Shown: positions 9,891 to 20,947 of the stretch, piece by piece | Layout of the letters: each line of letters opens with the position of its first letter | Position numbering within the stretch: position 1 is the stretch's first letter | Assembly (NCBI GenBank): GCA_964640355.1 | Contig: CAZXGW010000001.1 | Coordinates: 12,138 to 48,114, forward strand | Direction of reading: 5' to 3' | Length of the DNA: 35,977 bases | DNA from: an uncultured Enterobacteriaceae bacterium | GTDB taxonomy: Bacteria > Pseudomonadota > Gammaproteobacteria > Eutrophobiales > Eutrophobiaceae | The notes under the pieces: generated by a model | Told to the model about the DNA's origin: nothing | Database searches by the model: none | Seen by the model: only the letters and a program-made list of their open reading frames with translations | Translations under genes and position numbers: made by a program

Positions 9891-10646
9891 ATGTCGGGCG
9901 CAGGCGTTACAGCGGGCGGCAAACTCCCGGAGCACGTGGTGATCATCATGGATGGCAACGGGCGTTGGGCGGAGAAACGGGGCTTGCCGAGGATTGCCGG
10001 CCACCGTGCGGGGGTGAATGCCCTGCGCGGGATCGTCAGGCACGCCGCCGGCAGGGGGATACAGGCGCTCACGGTCTATGCCTTCAGCCGTGAGAACTGG
10101 AACCGGCCCGGCTCGGAAATCTCCCGCCTGCTGGAACTTTTCATGACCTCGCTCCATCAGGAAGTCGGCGATCTCAACAAGAATAATATCCGGTTGCGTT
10201 TTATCGGTGACCTCGCGGCTTTCCCGGAAAAACTGCAAAAGTCGATGCGGAAGGCGGAAGCGGTCACCGGCCGCAATACCGGCCTGCAATTCGTGGTGGC
10301 CGCCAATTACGGGGGGCGGTGGGACATCAGCCAGGCCATGAGACAGCTGGCCGACAAGGTGCTGCGTGGGGAGATCCGTCCGGACGGGATTGACGAGAAG
10401 CAGGTGCATGCCTGCCTCTCGCTTTCCGATTTGCCGGATCCGGATCTGTTTATCCGCACCGGCGGCGAGTTCCGGATAAGCAACTACCTGCTCTGGCAGC
10501 TGGCCTATACGGAGTTGTATTTTACCGAGTGCCTCTGGCCCGACTTCGGGCCGGAGGATTTCGACAGGGCCCTAGACTGTTACGCAGGCCGGGAACGCCG
10601 TTTCGGTCGCACGGGTGAACAGGTAAGGCGGAAAAGGCGTGCTTGA
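9891..10646 (+). CDS. uppS: Ditrans,polycis-undecaprenyl-diphosphate synthase (isoprenyl transferase)
   Basis: HVVIIMDGNGRWA hallmark, RTGGEFRISNYLLWQLAYTELYF. ATG 9891 is preferred over the TTG at 9879. Confidence 0.94.
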   Translation: MSGAGVTAGGKLPEHVVIIMDGNGRWAEKRGLPRIAGHRAGVNALRGIVRHAAGRGIQALTVYAFSRENWNRPGSEISRLLELFMTSLHQEVGDLNKNNIRLRFIGDLAAFPEKLQKSMRKAEAVTGRNTGLQFVVAANYGGRWDISQAMRQLADKVLRGEIRPDGIDEKQVHACLSLSDLPDPDLFIRTGGEFRISNYLLWQLAYTELYFTECLWPDFGPEDFDRALDCYAGRERRFGRTGEQVRRKRRA

Positions 10647-11460
10647 ACGGCGCGTGCTGACTGCCCTGGTCCTGGGTGGCACCGCCGTGGCCTTTGTCCT
10701 GTCCGGATCCGCCGTCGCCTTCACCCTGCTGACGGGGCTGGTGGTGCTGCTGGCCGCGTGGGAGTGGGCGGGTCTTTCCGGTTTCAAGTCACCCTGGCAA
10801 CGTGTGTCCTGGCTCGTGGTTATCGCCGCGGTGTTGTCGGTCTGCTATGCAAGCCGGGACACACCCTGGTTCCGGGGCATTCTCTTCACCGGCCTCTTCT
10901 GGTGGTGTTGTGCCTTTATCATTGTCGTCGCCTACCAGAGGGGAAAGGCGATCCTGCCGCCGCAAGGCCTGATTATTGCCGCCGCCGGGATCCTTGTGCT
11001 CGTGCCGGCCTGGTTGAGCCTGCTTACCCTGTATGCCGGGGACGGGGGGGTGTGGGCGGTGATGTTCCTGTTTCTCCTGATCTGGATGGCGGACAGCGCG
11101 GCCTTTTTTATCGGCGGGCGCTGGGGAAGACATCAACTGGCCGGCAGGATCAGCCCGGGCAAGAGCTGGGAGGGGGTCGCGGGCGGCATGCTGCTGGCCG
11201 CACTCCCGGCATGGGGATATGTCATACTAGAAAAATTAGAAGGCATTGATATTGTCCGGGTTTTCGTTCTGGGACTGGTGACCGTCGGGTTTTCAGTCAT
11301 CGGCGACCTGTTTGAAAGCCTGTGCAAGCGCAATGCCCGGATCAAGGACAGCGGCCGCCTGCTGCCCGGGCATGGCGGCATACTCGACCGGATTGACAGT
11401 CTCACGGCCGCGGCGCCGGTGTTTGTCACCGGCTTCAATTTCCTCGGGGGGAAGTTATGA
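10639..11460 (+). CDS. cdsA: Phosphatidate cytidylyltransferase
   Basis: Multi-TM protein with the C-terminal signature [28 protein letters not shown]. The GTG start overlaps the uppS stop. Confidence 0.93.
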   Translation: MLERRVLTALVLGGTAVAFVLSGSAVAFTLLTGLVVLLAAWEWAGLSGFKSPWQRVSWLVVIAAVLSVCYASRDTPWFRGILFTGLFWWCCAFIIVVAYQRGKAILPPQGLIIAAAGILVLVPAWLSLLTLYAGDGGVWAVMFLFLLIWMADSAAFFIGGRWGRHQLAGRISPGKSWEGVAGGMLLAALPAWGYVILEKLEGIDIVRVFVLGLVTVGFSVIGDLFESLCKRNARIKDSGRLLPGHGGILDRIDSLTAAAPVFVTGFNFLGGKL

Positions 11461-12641
11461 TCGGGATCACCATCCTCGGCGCTACCGGCAGTATCGGCAT
11501 CAATACCCTCGATGTCATCTCCCGGCACCGCGACCGGTTCAAGGTGGTGGCGCTCGCGGCCCACCGGAACGTGGAATGCCTGGCCGATCAATGCGCGGCC
11601 TGGACACCGCGGTACGCTGTCATGGCCGATCCCGACAGCGCCGTCCGGCTGCGTGCGACCCTGAGGCAACGGGGCGTTGGGACTGAGGTCCTGGCCGGCC
11701 CCGAAGGGCTGAGGGAAGTTGCCGGCTGTGACGAGGCGGATTATGTCATGGCGGCCATTGTCGGCGCTGCGGGCCTGTTGCCCACCCTGACCGCCGCCCG
11801 CGCCGGAAAGCGCGTCCTTCTCGCCAACAAGGAATCCCTCGTCATGGCCGGCCGGCTGGTCATGGATGCCGCACGGGAACATGCGGCGGTGCTGTTGCCG
11901 GTGGACAGCGAACATAACGCCATCTTTCAGTGCCTGGCCGGGCATCCTGCCGGTGACGGCCTGGAGAAATGCGGCATTAACCGGATCCTGTTGACCGCCT
12001 CCGGCGGGCCGTTCCGCAATACACCCCTCGAAGAACTGCACGCCGTGACACCCGACCAGGCCTGCGCCCATCCGAACTGGGACATGGGGCGCAAGATCTC
12101 GGTGGACTCGGCCACGATGATGAACAAGGGGCTGGAGATCATCGAGGCCTGCTGGTTGTTCAACACCACGCCGGATCGCGTGCAGGTGGTCCTGCATCCC
12201 CAGAGCGTCATCCACTCCATGGTGGAATACCGCGACGGCTCCGTCCTGGCGCAACTCGGAAATCCGGACATGCGCACGCCCATCGCCCATGCGCTTGCCT
12301 GGCCGGAAAGAATGGACGCGGGCGTCGAATCGCTGAACCTGTTTGACATCGCGCGGCTGGATTTCGAACCGCCGGACACCCGGCGATTTCCCTGCCTGCG
12401 ACTGGCCCGCGAGGCCATGCAGGCGGGGGGGACGGCGACGGCGATCCTCAACGCCGCGAACGAGGTCGCGGTGGCGGAATTCCTGGACGGCCGGATCCGC
12501 TTTACCAGCATTGCCGAGGTCGTGGAGGAGACGCTGGCGCAAACCCCGTCACACGACGCCTCAACGCTGGACGTGATCCTGGCCGATGACGCGGCGGCCA
12601 GGCAGTTTGCACAGGCTGCGGTACGGGAGCTTGCCGCATGA
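11457..12641 (+). CDS. dxr: 1-deoxy-D-xylulose-5-phosphate reductoisomerase
   Basis: [23 protein letters not shown]-binding N-terminus, [35 protein letters not shown] overlap with cdsA. Confidence 0.96.
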   Translation: MIGITILGATGSIGINTLDVISRHRDRFKVVALAAHRNVECLADQCAAWTPRYAVMADPDSAVRLRATLRQRGVGTEVLAGPEGLREVAGCDEADYVMAAIVGAAGLLPTLTAARAGKRVLLANKESLVMAGRLVMDAAREHAAVLLPVDSEHNAIFQCLAGHPAGDGLEKCGINRILLTASGGPFRNTPLEELHAVTPDQACAHPNWDMGRKISVDSATMMNKGLEIIEACWLFNTTPDRVQVVLHPQSVIHSMVEYRDGSVLAQLGNPDMRTPIAHALAWPERMDAGVESLNLFDIARLDFEPPDTRRFPCLRLAREAMQAGGTATAILNAANEVAVAEFLDGRIRFTSIAEVVEETLAQTPSHDASTLDVILADDAAARQFAQAAVRELAA

Positions 12642-13996
12642 TGGATTTCCTGCAGCACCTGGCCGCTTTCCTGGTCGCCCTGGGGGTGTTGATCACCTTC
12701 CATGAATACGGTCATTACTGGGTCGCGCGCAGGTTCGATGTGAAGATCCTGCGGTTTTCCATCGGTTTCGGGCGCGCGGTGTGGAAAAAGAATTTCGGCA
12801 GGGACAATACCGAACTGGTCATCGCTGCGTTGCCGCTGGGCGGTTACGTGAAGATGCTGGATGAGCGGGAAGGCGGCGTCAGGCCGGAAGAGGCTCACCG
12901 GGCGTTCAATCAGAAACCCGTCACGCAGCGCATGGCCATTGTCCTGGCGGGACCGTTGTTCAATTTCCTGTTCGCCATCCTGGCCTACTGGTTGATGTAC
13001 ATGATCGGACTGGCCGGCCTCAAGCCGATCGTGGGGGAAGTCAGGCCGGGTTCCATCGCCGACACGGCCGGCCTGAAACCGGGTCATGAGATCATCGCCG
13101 TCAACACGCACAGCACCGCCACCTGGACCATGGTCGCGGATTACCTGATCGATGATGTCATCGACGGCGGCGTTGTCGGCGTGACCGTCCGCGATGCCTA
13201 CAGCAATGAATATGCGCTCCGGGTGGATCTGGTAGAGGTCTCCATCGATGATCTTGCCGAGCAGGGCATTCTGGAGCGGCTGGGCATAACGCCGGAACAG
13301 ATCCGGCTTCCGGCCGTAATCGGGAAGGTGCAACCGGGTCTGGTCGCCGACAAGGCCGGATTGAAAGCCGGCGACCGTATCATGGCGGTGGACGGCCGGC
13401 CGATCGGTGACTGGATGGAGTGGGTCAACACGATCCAGGCCCATCCCGGCCAGACACTGGCGGTGGAGGTGATGCGCGGCGAGGACTACCTGTCGATTAT
13501 GCTGCACCCTGAATTCCGCACCACCGAAGAGGGGCGGACCATCGGCTACATCGGCGCCGCCAGTCAGCCGCCTGCCAACGTGTTTGCGCGGGAATCCTAT
13601 GCACCGCTGCCGGCCCTGGGCAAGGCGATGGAACGAACGCGGGACATGTCCTGGCTGACGTTGCGCATGCTGGTGAAAATGATCACGGGCGAGGCCTCCT
13701 ACCGGAATCTCAGCGGCCCCATCAGCATTGCCCAGTATGCCGGTGATTCCGCGGAAAACGGCCTGGCCGCGTTTCTCTGGTTTTTGGGGATCGTCAGCGT
13801 CAGCCTGGGGGTGCTCAACCTGTTGCCGGTGCCCTTGCTGGATGGCGGGCACCTTATGTATTACCTTATAGAGCTCGTCAAGGGCAGACCGGTGTCGGAA
13901 GCCGCGCAGGTCATCGGCCAGCAGATAGGCCTGGCCATGTTACTCGGCCTGATGGTGCTGGTATTCTATAATGACATCATGCGCCTGATCGGATGA
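12638..13996 (+). CDS. rseP: Site-2 (RIP) zinc metalloprotease RseP
   Basis: [12 protein letters not shown] (HExxH) in TM1, two PDZ-like segments, C-terminal [13 protein letters not shown] motif. ATGA overlap with dxr. Confidence 0.95.
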   Translation: MMDFLQHLAAFLVALGVLITFHEYGHYWVARRFDVKILRFSIGFGRAVWKKNFGRDNTELVIAALPLGGYVKMLDEREGGVRPEEAHRAFNQKPVTQRMAIVLAGPLFNFLFAILAYWLMYMIGLAGLKPIVGEVRPGSIADTAGLKPGHEIIAVNTHSTATWTMVADYLIDDVIDGGVVGVTVRDAYSNEYALRVDLVEVSIDDLAEQGILERLGITPEQIRLPAVIGKVQPGLVADKAGLKAGDRIMAVDGRPIGDWMEWVNTIQAHPGQTLAVEVMRGEDYLSIMLHPEFRTTEEGRTIGYIGAASQPPANVFARESYAPLPALGKAMERTRDMSWLTLRMLVKMITGEASYRNLSGPISIAQYAGDSAENGLAAFLWFLGIVSVSLGVLNLLPVPLLDGGHLMYYLIELVKGRPVSEAAQVIGQQIGLAMLLGLMVLVFYNDIMRLIG

Positions 13997-14029
13997 AGCG
14001 AACGTATAAAAAGTATAAAAAACAGTTAA

Positions 14030-16327
14030 ATGCATTATCTGCCTAAGACTCCTGTTTACGTCATCCTGTTCCATCTGCTGGCCTTTGCCACCGTATTTGC
14101 CGCCGAGGAATTCATCATCAGGGACATCCGGGTCGAGGGCCTGCAGCGAATAACTCCCGGCACTGTCTTCAATTACCTGCCGATGAAAGTCGGGGATACC
14201 TTTGACGACACCCGTTCCGCGGAAGCCGTGAGGGCCCTGTTCAAGACCGGTTTTTTCGACGATGTCCGCCTTGAACGCGACGGTGACGTCCTGGTGTTCA
14301 TCATCAAGGAACGGCCGGCCATCGGCAGTATCACGCTGACGGGCAACAAGGACATCCGCAACGAGGACGTGATCGACAACCTCCGGCGCATCGGGTTTGC
14401 GGAAGGCCGGATCTTCAACCAGTCTGAACTCGAAAAGGTCGAGCAGGAACTCAGGCGCCAGTATTTTTCCCTCGGGAAATACGCGGTTGACATCAAGTCC
14501 ACCATCACGCCGCTGGAAAACAACCGGGTTGCCATCACCATAGACATCTCCGAAGGCGTCGCCGCCAAGATCCGGCAGATCAACATCGTCGGCAACGAGG
14601 CCTTCCGGGAAAAGAAGCTGCTGAAAGAATTCAAGCTGACGACGCCGACCCTATTCTCCTTTTTCACGCGGTCCGACCAGTATTCGAGGGAGAAGCTGGC
14701 GGCGGACCTTGAATCGCTGCGATCGTTCTACCTGAACCACGGTTACATCAACTTCACCGTCGACTCGACCCAGGTGTCCATCACCCCGGACAAGAAGGAC
14801 ATCTATATCACGATCAACATCACCGAAGGGGATCCCTATAGCATTTCCGAAATCAAGCTGGCGGGCGAACTGATATTGCCCGACGAGGACCTGTTCAAGC
14901 TGGTAGAAATCAAGAAGGGGGAACTGTTCTCGCACAAGCACCTTACCCGCAGTTCCGAGGCCATTACCAAGGCCCTGGGCAATGAAGGCTATGCCTTCGC
15001 CAACGTGAATTCGATCCCGAATATCGACAAGGAGAACCGCACCGTTGACGTGACCTTTTTCATCGATCCCGGCAAGCGCGCCTACGTGCGGCGGATCAAT
15101 TTCAGCGGCAATACACGGACCGCGGAAGAAGTGCTGCGGCGGGAGATGCGCCAGCCGGAGGGCGGCTGGATCTCGACGGAAAAGGTCGAACGCGGCAAGG
15201 TACGGTTGCAGCGGCTCGGCTATTTCGAGGAAGTGAACGTCGAAACGCCGGCCGTGCCGGGCACCACCGACCAGGTGGACGTGAACTACACCATCGTCGA
15301 GCGCCCGTCGGGCCAGCTGGGCGCGGGCATCGGTTTTTCACAGAGCGCCGGCGTCGTATTCCAGACCAGCGTCACCCAGGACAATTTTCTCGGCAGCGGC
15401 AAGCGCGTCAGTTTTGCATTCAGCAACAGCGACATCAACCAGCGATTCGGGCTGGGGTATGTCAACCCCTACTACACCATCGACGGCATCAGCCGCGGCT
15501 TCGAGGGCTTTTACCGGAAAACGGAGGGACTGGACGCCAACGTGACGGCGTTTGATTCGCGGGTGTTCGGCGGGGGCGTGAATTTCGGCATCCCCGTGAC
15601 GGAATTCAACTTCGTCAGGACGGCGCTGGATTATGAAAACACGGAGATCAGCCAGGACGGCCTGTTCGCCAGGGAGGTCCAGGAGTTTCTCGATCAAAAC
15701 GGCAACCGGTATGATATACTGCGATTCAGCAGCAACTTTACCTATGACACCCGGAACAAGGCGATCCTGCCTGACGCGGGTACGCTGCATGGTATCAACG
15801 CTGAAGTTGCCTTGCCGTTTGTTGGCGATTCGCTGGAGTTTTACAAGATCTCCTACAGGACCCAGTGGTTTACCAGTTTTCTCGAAGACTATATTGTCCT
15901 GCTCAAAGGTAATGTCGGTTATGGGGATGCCTATGGCGATACCGAGGAGCTCCCCTTCTTCGAGAATTTTTACGCGGGCGGACCGAGATCGGTGCGCGGT
16001 TATGAGGAAAACACTCTCGGTCCGAAAGATTCCCTGGGCAGGCCGCTCGGCGGCAACTTTGAACTGACGGGCGGCGCCGAGGTCATATTGCCGGTGCCGT
16101 TTTTGCGGGATATCAAGTCGACGCGCGTTACGGGATTTCTTGATGCGGGCAATGTCTATGGCGTGGACGAGGAAATCGATCTGTCGAAATTGCGGTTTTC
16201 AGTCGGCATAGGCGGCCTCTGGGTATCCCCCTTCGGCATCATCAGCATGAGCATCGCGCAGCCTTTTAACGATCAAGCCGGGGACGAACTGCAGGAATTT
16301 CAATTCACCTTCGGAGCGTCCTTCTAA
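14030..16327 (+). CDS. bamA: Outer membrane protein assembly factor BamA
   Basis: 765 aa. Signal peptide, POTRA repeats (IRDIRVEGLQRI..., IRQINIVGNEAF..., RRINFSGNTRT...), C-terminal beta-barrel ending ...FQFTFGASF. Confidence 0.96.
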   Translation: MHYLPKTPVYVILFHLLAFATVFAAEEFIIRDIRVEGLQRITPGTVFNYLPMKVGDTFDDTRSAEAVRALFKTGFFDDVRLERDGDVLVFIIKERPAIGSITLTGNKDIRNEDVIDNLRRIGFAEGRIFNQSELEKVEQELRRQYFSLGKYAVDIKSTITPLENNRVAITIDISEGVAAKIRQINIVGNEAFREKKLLKEFKLTTPTLFSFFTRSDQYSREKLAADLESLRSFYLNHGYINFTVDSTQVSITPDKKDIYITINITEGDPYSISEIKLAGELILPDEDLFKLVEIKKGELFSHKHLTRSSEAITKALGNEGYAFANVNSIPNIDKENRTVDVTFFIDPGKRAYVRRINFSGNTRTAEEVLRREMRQPEGGWISTEKVERGKVRLQRLGYFEEVNVETPAVPGTTDQVDVNYTIVERPSGQLGAGIGFSQSAGVVFQTSVTQDNFLGSGKRVSFAFSNSDINQRFGLGYVNPYYTIDGISRGFEGFYRKTEGLDANVTAFDSRVFGGGVNFGIPVTEFNFVRTALDYENTEISQDGLFAREVQEFLDQNGNRYDILRFSSNFTYDTRNKAILPDAGTLHGINAEVALPFVGDSLEFYKISYRTQWFTSFLEDYIVLLKGNVGYGDAYGDTEELPFFENFYAGGPRSVRGYEENTLGPKDSLGRPLGGNFELTGGAEVILPVPFLRDIKSTRVTGFLDAGNVYGVDEEIDLSKLRFSVGIGGLWVSPFGIISMSIAQPFNDQAGDELQEFQFTFGASF

Positions 16328-16347
16328 ACCCCTGTTGGAGCGTACCC

Positions 16348-16887
16348 TTGAAAAACGTATCTGCGATTTCTTTTTCATTTTTGATGTATGTCCTGTCGTC
16401 CCTGTTCATGCCCGCCCAGGCGGAAGACTACAAGCTGGGCGCCGTCAATGCCCTGCGGGTTCTCGAACAGTCGCCGCAGGCCGACGTGGCACGGGCCAAG
16501 ATCGAGCAGGAATTCGCGCCGAGGGACAAGCAGCTGGTCGCCGAACAGAAGAAGCTGAAAGAACTCGAGGACCGCCTGGCCAAGGACGGTGAGATAATGA
16601 GCGAATCGGAACGGCAGAAACTCGAGCGCGACATTATCAACATGCGGCGCGACCTGAGGCGGAGCCAGGATGAGTTCCGGGAGGATTTCAACTTCAGGCG
16701 CAACGAGGAATTCGCCAAGATCCAGAAGCAGATCATCGAGGCCATTCAGAAGGTGGCAAAGGACAACAACTACGACGTGGTCCTGAGTGAAGGCGTCATC
16801 TACGCCAGTCCGAAGGTCGACATCAGCAGCCTGGTGATCGAATATCTCAAGAAACAGGGCAGCGGGAGCGTCGGCAGTTCCGAATAA
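16348..16887 (+). CDS. skp: OmpH/Skp family periplasmic chaperone
   Basis: Signal peptide followed by a charged coiled-coil-rich 179-aa protein, in the conserved position between bamA and lpxD. TTG start. Confidence 0.88.
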   Translation: MKNVSAISFSFLMYVLSSLFMPAQAEDYKLGAVNALRVLEQSPQADVARAKIEQEFAPRDKQLVAEQKKLKELEDRLAKDGEIMSESERQKLERDIINMRRDLRRSQDEFREDFNFRRNEEFAKIQKQIIEAIQKVAKDNNYDVVLSEGVIYASPKVDISSLVIEYLKKQGSGSVGSSE

Positions 16888-16911
16888 TCCTTCTCTGCAG
16901 CCACATGCACC

Positions 16912-17922
16912 ATGACGCGCACACTCGGGGAAATCGCGGGGCATATCCATGCGGAACTGCACGGTGATCCCCGTTGTGAAATCGGGAGCATTGACACGCT
17001 GGAAAATGCCCGGGCTGGGGCAATCAGCTTTTTCTCGAACCGGCGCTACCTGCACCTGCTGAAGACCACCCGGGCCTCGGCCGTCATCCTGAAGGCGGAT
17101 GACCTTGCCGCCTGCCCGGTGCAGGCGCTTGTGGTGGACAATCCCTACCTTGGTTACGCCAGGGCGGCCAGGCTACTCTATCCTGACGCCCCGCACGCGC
17201 CGGGGATACACCCGCAGGCGGATATTCATTCATCGGCAAAGGTATCCGCCGGGGCGCGGGTGGGGCCGTTTGTGTCCGTCGGCAGCAATACCGTCATCGG
17301 CGAAAATGCCTGGATCGGCCCGGGCTGCATCCTCGGTAAAGACGTCATGATCGGCGCGGATACCCGGTTGATCGCCAGTGTCGTCATCTGCCATGGCGTG
17401 GTCATCGGCAAGAGGTGCATCCTGCATCCGGGCGTGGTTATCGGGGCCGACGGCTTCGGCATCGCCAATGACAACGGGACCTGGCTCAAGATACCGCAGG
17501 TGGGCGGAGTCATCATCGGCGACGATGTCGAGATCGGGGCCAACACCTCGATTGACCGCGGCGCCCTCGACAACACCGTCATCGAGGACGGCGTCAAGAT
17601 CGATAACCAGGTCCAGATTGGCCACAATGTGCGGGTGGGTGCGCATACGGCCATTGCCGGCTGCGTGGGCATCGCCGGCAGCGCAAAAATCGGCAAGCGC
17701 TGCCTGATCGGGGGCGCCGCAGGCATCAGCGGCCACCTGGAAATCGCCGACGACGTCACGCTCATGGCCATGACCGGCGTGGCCAATTCGATCCGGGAGC
17801 CCGGCGTGTACGCCTCGGCCATTCCCGCGATGGATGCCAGGATTTGGAGAAAGAACGCAGTCAGTTTCAAACACCTGCATAAACTGGCGGCCCGCCTGAA
17901 CAGGCTTGAATCGAAATCCTGA
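16912..17922 (+). CDS. lpxD: UDP-3-O-(3-hydroxyacyl)glucosamine N-acyltransferase
   Basis: 336 aa. N-terminal LpxD domain followed by left-handed beta-helix hexapeptide repeats. Conserved skp-lpxD-fabZ-lpxA context. Confidence 0.95.
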   Translation: MTRTLGEIAGHIHAELHGDPRCEIGSIDTLENARAGAISFFSNRRYLHLLKTTRASAVILKADDLAACPVQALVVDNPYLGYARAARLLYPDAPHAPGIHPQADIHSSAKVSAGARVGPFVSVGSNTVIGENAWIGPGCILGKDVMIGADTRLIASVVICHGVVIGKRCILHPGVVIGADGFGIANDNGTWLKIPQVGGVIIGDDVEIGANTSIDRGALDNTVIEDGVKIDNQVQIGHNVRVGAHTAIAGCVGIAGSAKIGKRCLIGGAAGISGHLEIADDVTLMAMTGVANSIREPGVYASAIPAMDARIWRKNAVSFKHLHKLAARLNRLESKS

Positions 17923-17947
17923 CCGTTTTTCGGGTTCCACAAGGATC

Positions 17948-18397
17948 ATGGATGCACTGGATATAAAGGCCATCAGAAGGTTTCTGCCACACCGGTATCC
18001 CTTCCTGCTGATCGACAGGGTGCTGTCGTACGATCCCTTTCGATCCATCGTGGCGGTGAAGAACATCTCGATCAATGAGCCCTATTTCCAGGGCCATTTC
18101 CCGTCAAAACCCATCATGCCCGGCGTGCTGATCATCGAGGCCATGGCACAGGCGGCGGCGCTTCTGGGCTGCCTTTCCACCGATGAAGTCACGAAGCAGG
18201 GCAACCTGTATTATCTCGTCGGCGTCGACAACGTGAGGTTCAGGCGCCCGGTTGAACCCGGGGATCAGCTCATGCTGGACGTGAGATTCGAGAAGGAGCG
18301 GAGAAACATATGGAAATTTACGGCAACCGCGACAGTCGGCGGCCGTCTCATCGCCTCCGCCGATCTGCTGACAACGGTAGTGGAACCTGATTCTTGA
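17948..18397 (+). CDS. fabZ: 3-hydroxyacyl-ACP dehydratase FabZ
   Basis: LPHRYPFLLIDRV and NEPYFQGHFP hot-dog motifs. ATG 17948 is preferred, because the track start at 17906 overlaps lpxD. Confidence 0.95.
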   Translation: MDALDIKAIRRFLPHRYPFLLIDRVLSYDPFRSIVAVKNISINEPYFQGHFPSKPIMPGVLIIEAMAQAAALLGCLSTDEVTKQGNLYYLVGVDNVRFRRPVEPGDQLMLDVRFEKERRNIWKFTATATVGGRLIASADLLTTVVEPDS

Positions 18398-19167
18398 TCG
18401 ATCCGACCGCGGTCATAGATCCGGATGCCCGGACGGGAAAAGGCGTATCCATCGGGCCTTATTCCGTCATCGGGCCGGATGTCGTCATCGGCGACGACAC
18501 CTGGATCGGGCCTCACGTGGTGATCCGGGGCCCCACCCGGATCGGGCAGTCGAACCGGATATTCCAGTTCTGTTCCCTCGGGGAAGACCCGCAGGACAAA
18601 AAATACAAAGATGACAAGCGTTCCGTCCTTGAGATCGGCGATCGGAACGTCATCCGGGAATACTGCACCATTAACCGCGGGACTGACCTGGGGGGAGGCA
18701 AAACCATCGTAGGCCATGACAACTGGATCATGGCCTACGTCCATATCGCCCATGACTGCATCGTCGGCAGCCACACGGTGTTCGCCAACAATGCCACGCT
18801 GGCGGGCCACGTCCATATCGACGACTATGCCTGCCTCGGGGGCTTCACCGGCGTCCACCAGTTCTGCCGCATCGGTCGCCACTGCTTCACGGCGATATCG
18901 TCGGTGGTGGTCAAGGACGTGCCGCCTTACCTCATGGTCGCCGGTAATACCGCGAGGCCGAATGGCCTGAACCGGGAAGGGCTGAAACGCCGCGGCTTCT
19001 CCACTGAATCGATAAACAATCTGCGCAAGGCCTACAGGATCGTTTACCGCGAAGGTCTTACCGTCAGCCTGGCGCTGGAAAAACTGCAGGACCTGGCCGG
19101 GGAATGTGCAGAAGTCGCCCATTTTGCCGAATTCATTTCACGTTCACAGCGCGGTATCGTGCGTTAG
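18394..19167 (+). CDS. lpxA: Acyl-ACP--UDP-N-acetylglucosamine O-acyltransferase
   Basis: 257 aa. Hexapeptide-repeat beta-helix plus C-terminal helical domain (NREGLKRRGFS...). The TTG start overlaps the fabZ stop. Confidence 0.95.
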   Translation: MIDPTAVIDPDARTGKGVSIGPYSVIGPDVVIGDDTWIGPHVVIRGPTRIGQSNRIFQFCSLGEDPQDKKYKDDKRSVLEIGDRNVIREYCTINRGTDLGGGKTIVGHDNWIMAYVHIAHDCIVGSHTVFANNATLAGHVHIDDYACLGGFTGVHQFCRIGRHCFTAISSVVVKDVPPYLMVAGNTARPNGLNREGLKRRGFSTESINNLRKAYRIVYREGLTVSLALEKLQDLAGECAEVAHFAEFISRSQRGIVR

Positions 19168-19191
19168 CCCGTTTTTATCCCCCCAGGTCTG

Positions 19192-20334
19192 ATGCTCCGT
19201 ATCGGCATAGTGGCAGGCGAAGCTTCAGGCGACATGCTGGGGGCCGGGCTGATGGGCGCCCTGAAAATGCTCGAGCCGGAGCTCGAGATCACCGGCATCG
19301 GCGGCCGGCTGTTGCGGAAGGCCGGCTGCACTTCGCTCTATCCCATGGAGCGGCTGTCGGTCATGGGCGTGTCGGAAGTCTTTTCACGGTATTTCGAACT
19401 ATTCAACACCCGGCGGGCACTCATACGGTATTTCCTGGAAAATCCGCCCGATGTGTTTATCGGCGTCGACTCGCCGGATTTCAACCTGCCCCTGGAGCGG
19501 GCGCTGCGCAAATCCGGGATCAGAACCATTCACTATGTCAGCCCGTCGATATGGGCCTGGCGTGAATACCGCCTCGGCACCATCGCCAAGTCCGCCGACC
19601 TGGTTTTGACGCTCTTTCCCTTTGAACCGCCGTATTACGAAAAGTACGGGATACCGGTCCTTTATGTCGGGCACCCCCTGGCCCGCAGGATTGGCCCACA
19701 GACGGACAGGGTGGCGGCGTGCCGGCGCCTGAACCTGACGCCGGACGACCGCCTCGTCGCGCTGATGCCCGGAAGCCGGCGCGACGAACTCAGCCGGCTG
19801 GTGGGACCGTTTTTGCGGACAGCGGAATGGTGCCGGGAACGCGACGGGCACCTTCGCTTCGCCACCAGTCTCGTCGACGAAAGCAGCCGGGAACATTTCC
19901 TGGCACTGGCCCACGAGACCGGGCTGGAATTGCCGTTGTCGGTGTTTATCGGGAAGTCCCTGGAGGTGATGGCGGCGGCGGACGTGGTTCTCCTCGCCTC
20001 CGGCACGGCGGCGCTGGAAGCCCTGTTATTGAAGCGGCCCATGGTGGTGGCCTATAAAGTCAGCGGGCTGACGTACGCGGTGGCACGGTGGCTGGTGAAC
20101 ATCCCCTGGGTATCGTTGCCGAATGTCCTGGCGGGCCGGCGAGTGGTGCCGGAATTTCTGCAGCGCGATTGCCGCCCGGAGATCCTCGGGCCGGAGGTGT
20201 TGCGGTGGCTTTCGGACGGGCAGGCCGTCCGTGATCTCGAACTTGAATTCACCAGGATCCATGCCCTGCTGCAACCGCCGCCGGCTGAAACCGTGGCGCG
20301 CGCGGTACTGAACGTGATTCATGCCTCTTCCTGA
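19192..20334 (+). CDS. lpxB: Lipid-A-disaccharide synthase
   Basis: [19 protein letters not shown]-terminus, 380 aa, follows lpxA. Confidence 0.95.
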   Translation: MLRIGIVAGEASGDMLGAGLMGALKMLEPELEITGIGGRLLRKAGCTSLYPMERLSVMGVSEVFSRYFELFNTRRALIRYFLENPPDVFIGVDSPDFNLPLERALRKSGIRTIHYVSPSIWAWREYRLGTIAKSADLVLTLFPFEPPYYEKYGIPVLYVGHPLARRIGPQTDRVAACRRLNLTPDDRLVALMPGSRRDELSRLVGPFLRTAEWCRERDGHLRFATSLVDESSREHFLALAHETGLELPLSVFIGKSLEVMAAADVVLLASGTAALEALLLKRPMVVAYKVSGLTYAVARWLVNIPWVSLPNVLAGRRVVPEFLQRDCRPEILGPEVLRWLSDGQAVRDLELEFTRIHALLQPPPAETVARAVLNVIHASS

Positions 20335-20947
20335 TAATTCGCGGCCGTACCCACCTCTTTCCCTGCAGGCCGGTGTGGACGAGGCCGGGCGCGGACCCCT
20401 GGCCGGACCGGTGGTCGCGGCCGCGGTGATACTCGACCCGGACCGGCCGGTGACCGGGCTGGCGGATTCAAAACGCCTCGGCGCTGAGATAAGGGCGCGG
20501 CTGGCTGCAGAAATCACGGCTAAATCAATCGCCTGGGCAATCTGCCGGGCCGAGGTCGAGGAGATCGACAGGCTCAATATCCTCCAGGCCAGTCTGCTGG
20601 CGATGCAGCGTGCCGTCACGGCCCTGGGCGTCCGGCCGGACCTTGTCCTGGTCGACGGACTGCATGGGCCCACCCTTGACTGCCGCGTCGAGACGGTGGT
20701 GAGGGGGGATAGTAAAATAGCCGCCATCAGTGCCGCCTCAATCCTTGCCAAGGTTGCCAGAGACAACGAAATGATCGCGCTGGACGCCCGCTATCCCGGT
20801 TACGGTTTTGCACACAACAAGGGCTACCCCACGCCGGATCATTTACACGCCTTGTACAGGCTCGGCGTCAGCCCGGTTCACCGCCGCACGTTTGGACCCG
20901 TCAGGCGACTGCTCCGGGACGGGATCCACGCCCGTCATCCAGGCTGA
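20321..20947 (+). CDS. rnhB: Ribonuclease HII
   Basis: [19 protein letters not shown] active-site motif, DSKRL, 208 aa. Confidence 0.95.
   Translation: MPLPDNSRPYPPLSLQAGVDEAGRGPLAGPVVAAAVILDPDRPVTGLADSKRLGAEIRARLAAEITAKSIAWAICRAEVEEIDRLNILQASLLAMQRAVTALGVRPDLVLVDGLHGPTLDCRVETVVRGDSKIAAISAASILAKVARDNEMIALDARYPGYGFAHNKGYPTPDHLHALYRLGVSPVHRRTFGPVRRLLRDGIHARHPG

Noticed and set aside
11133-13852. Two long minus-strand ORFs (469 aa and 641 aa)
   Set aside because: They are antisense to cdsA, dxr and rseP, which are securely identified. The translations are Arg/Gly/Pro-rich junk.
14004-14022. Tandem GTATAAAAA GTATAAAAAA in the rseP-bamA spacer
   Set aside because: There are only two short AT-rich copies. 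This is most simply a -10-like or UP-like promoter element or chance, not a repeat array.
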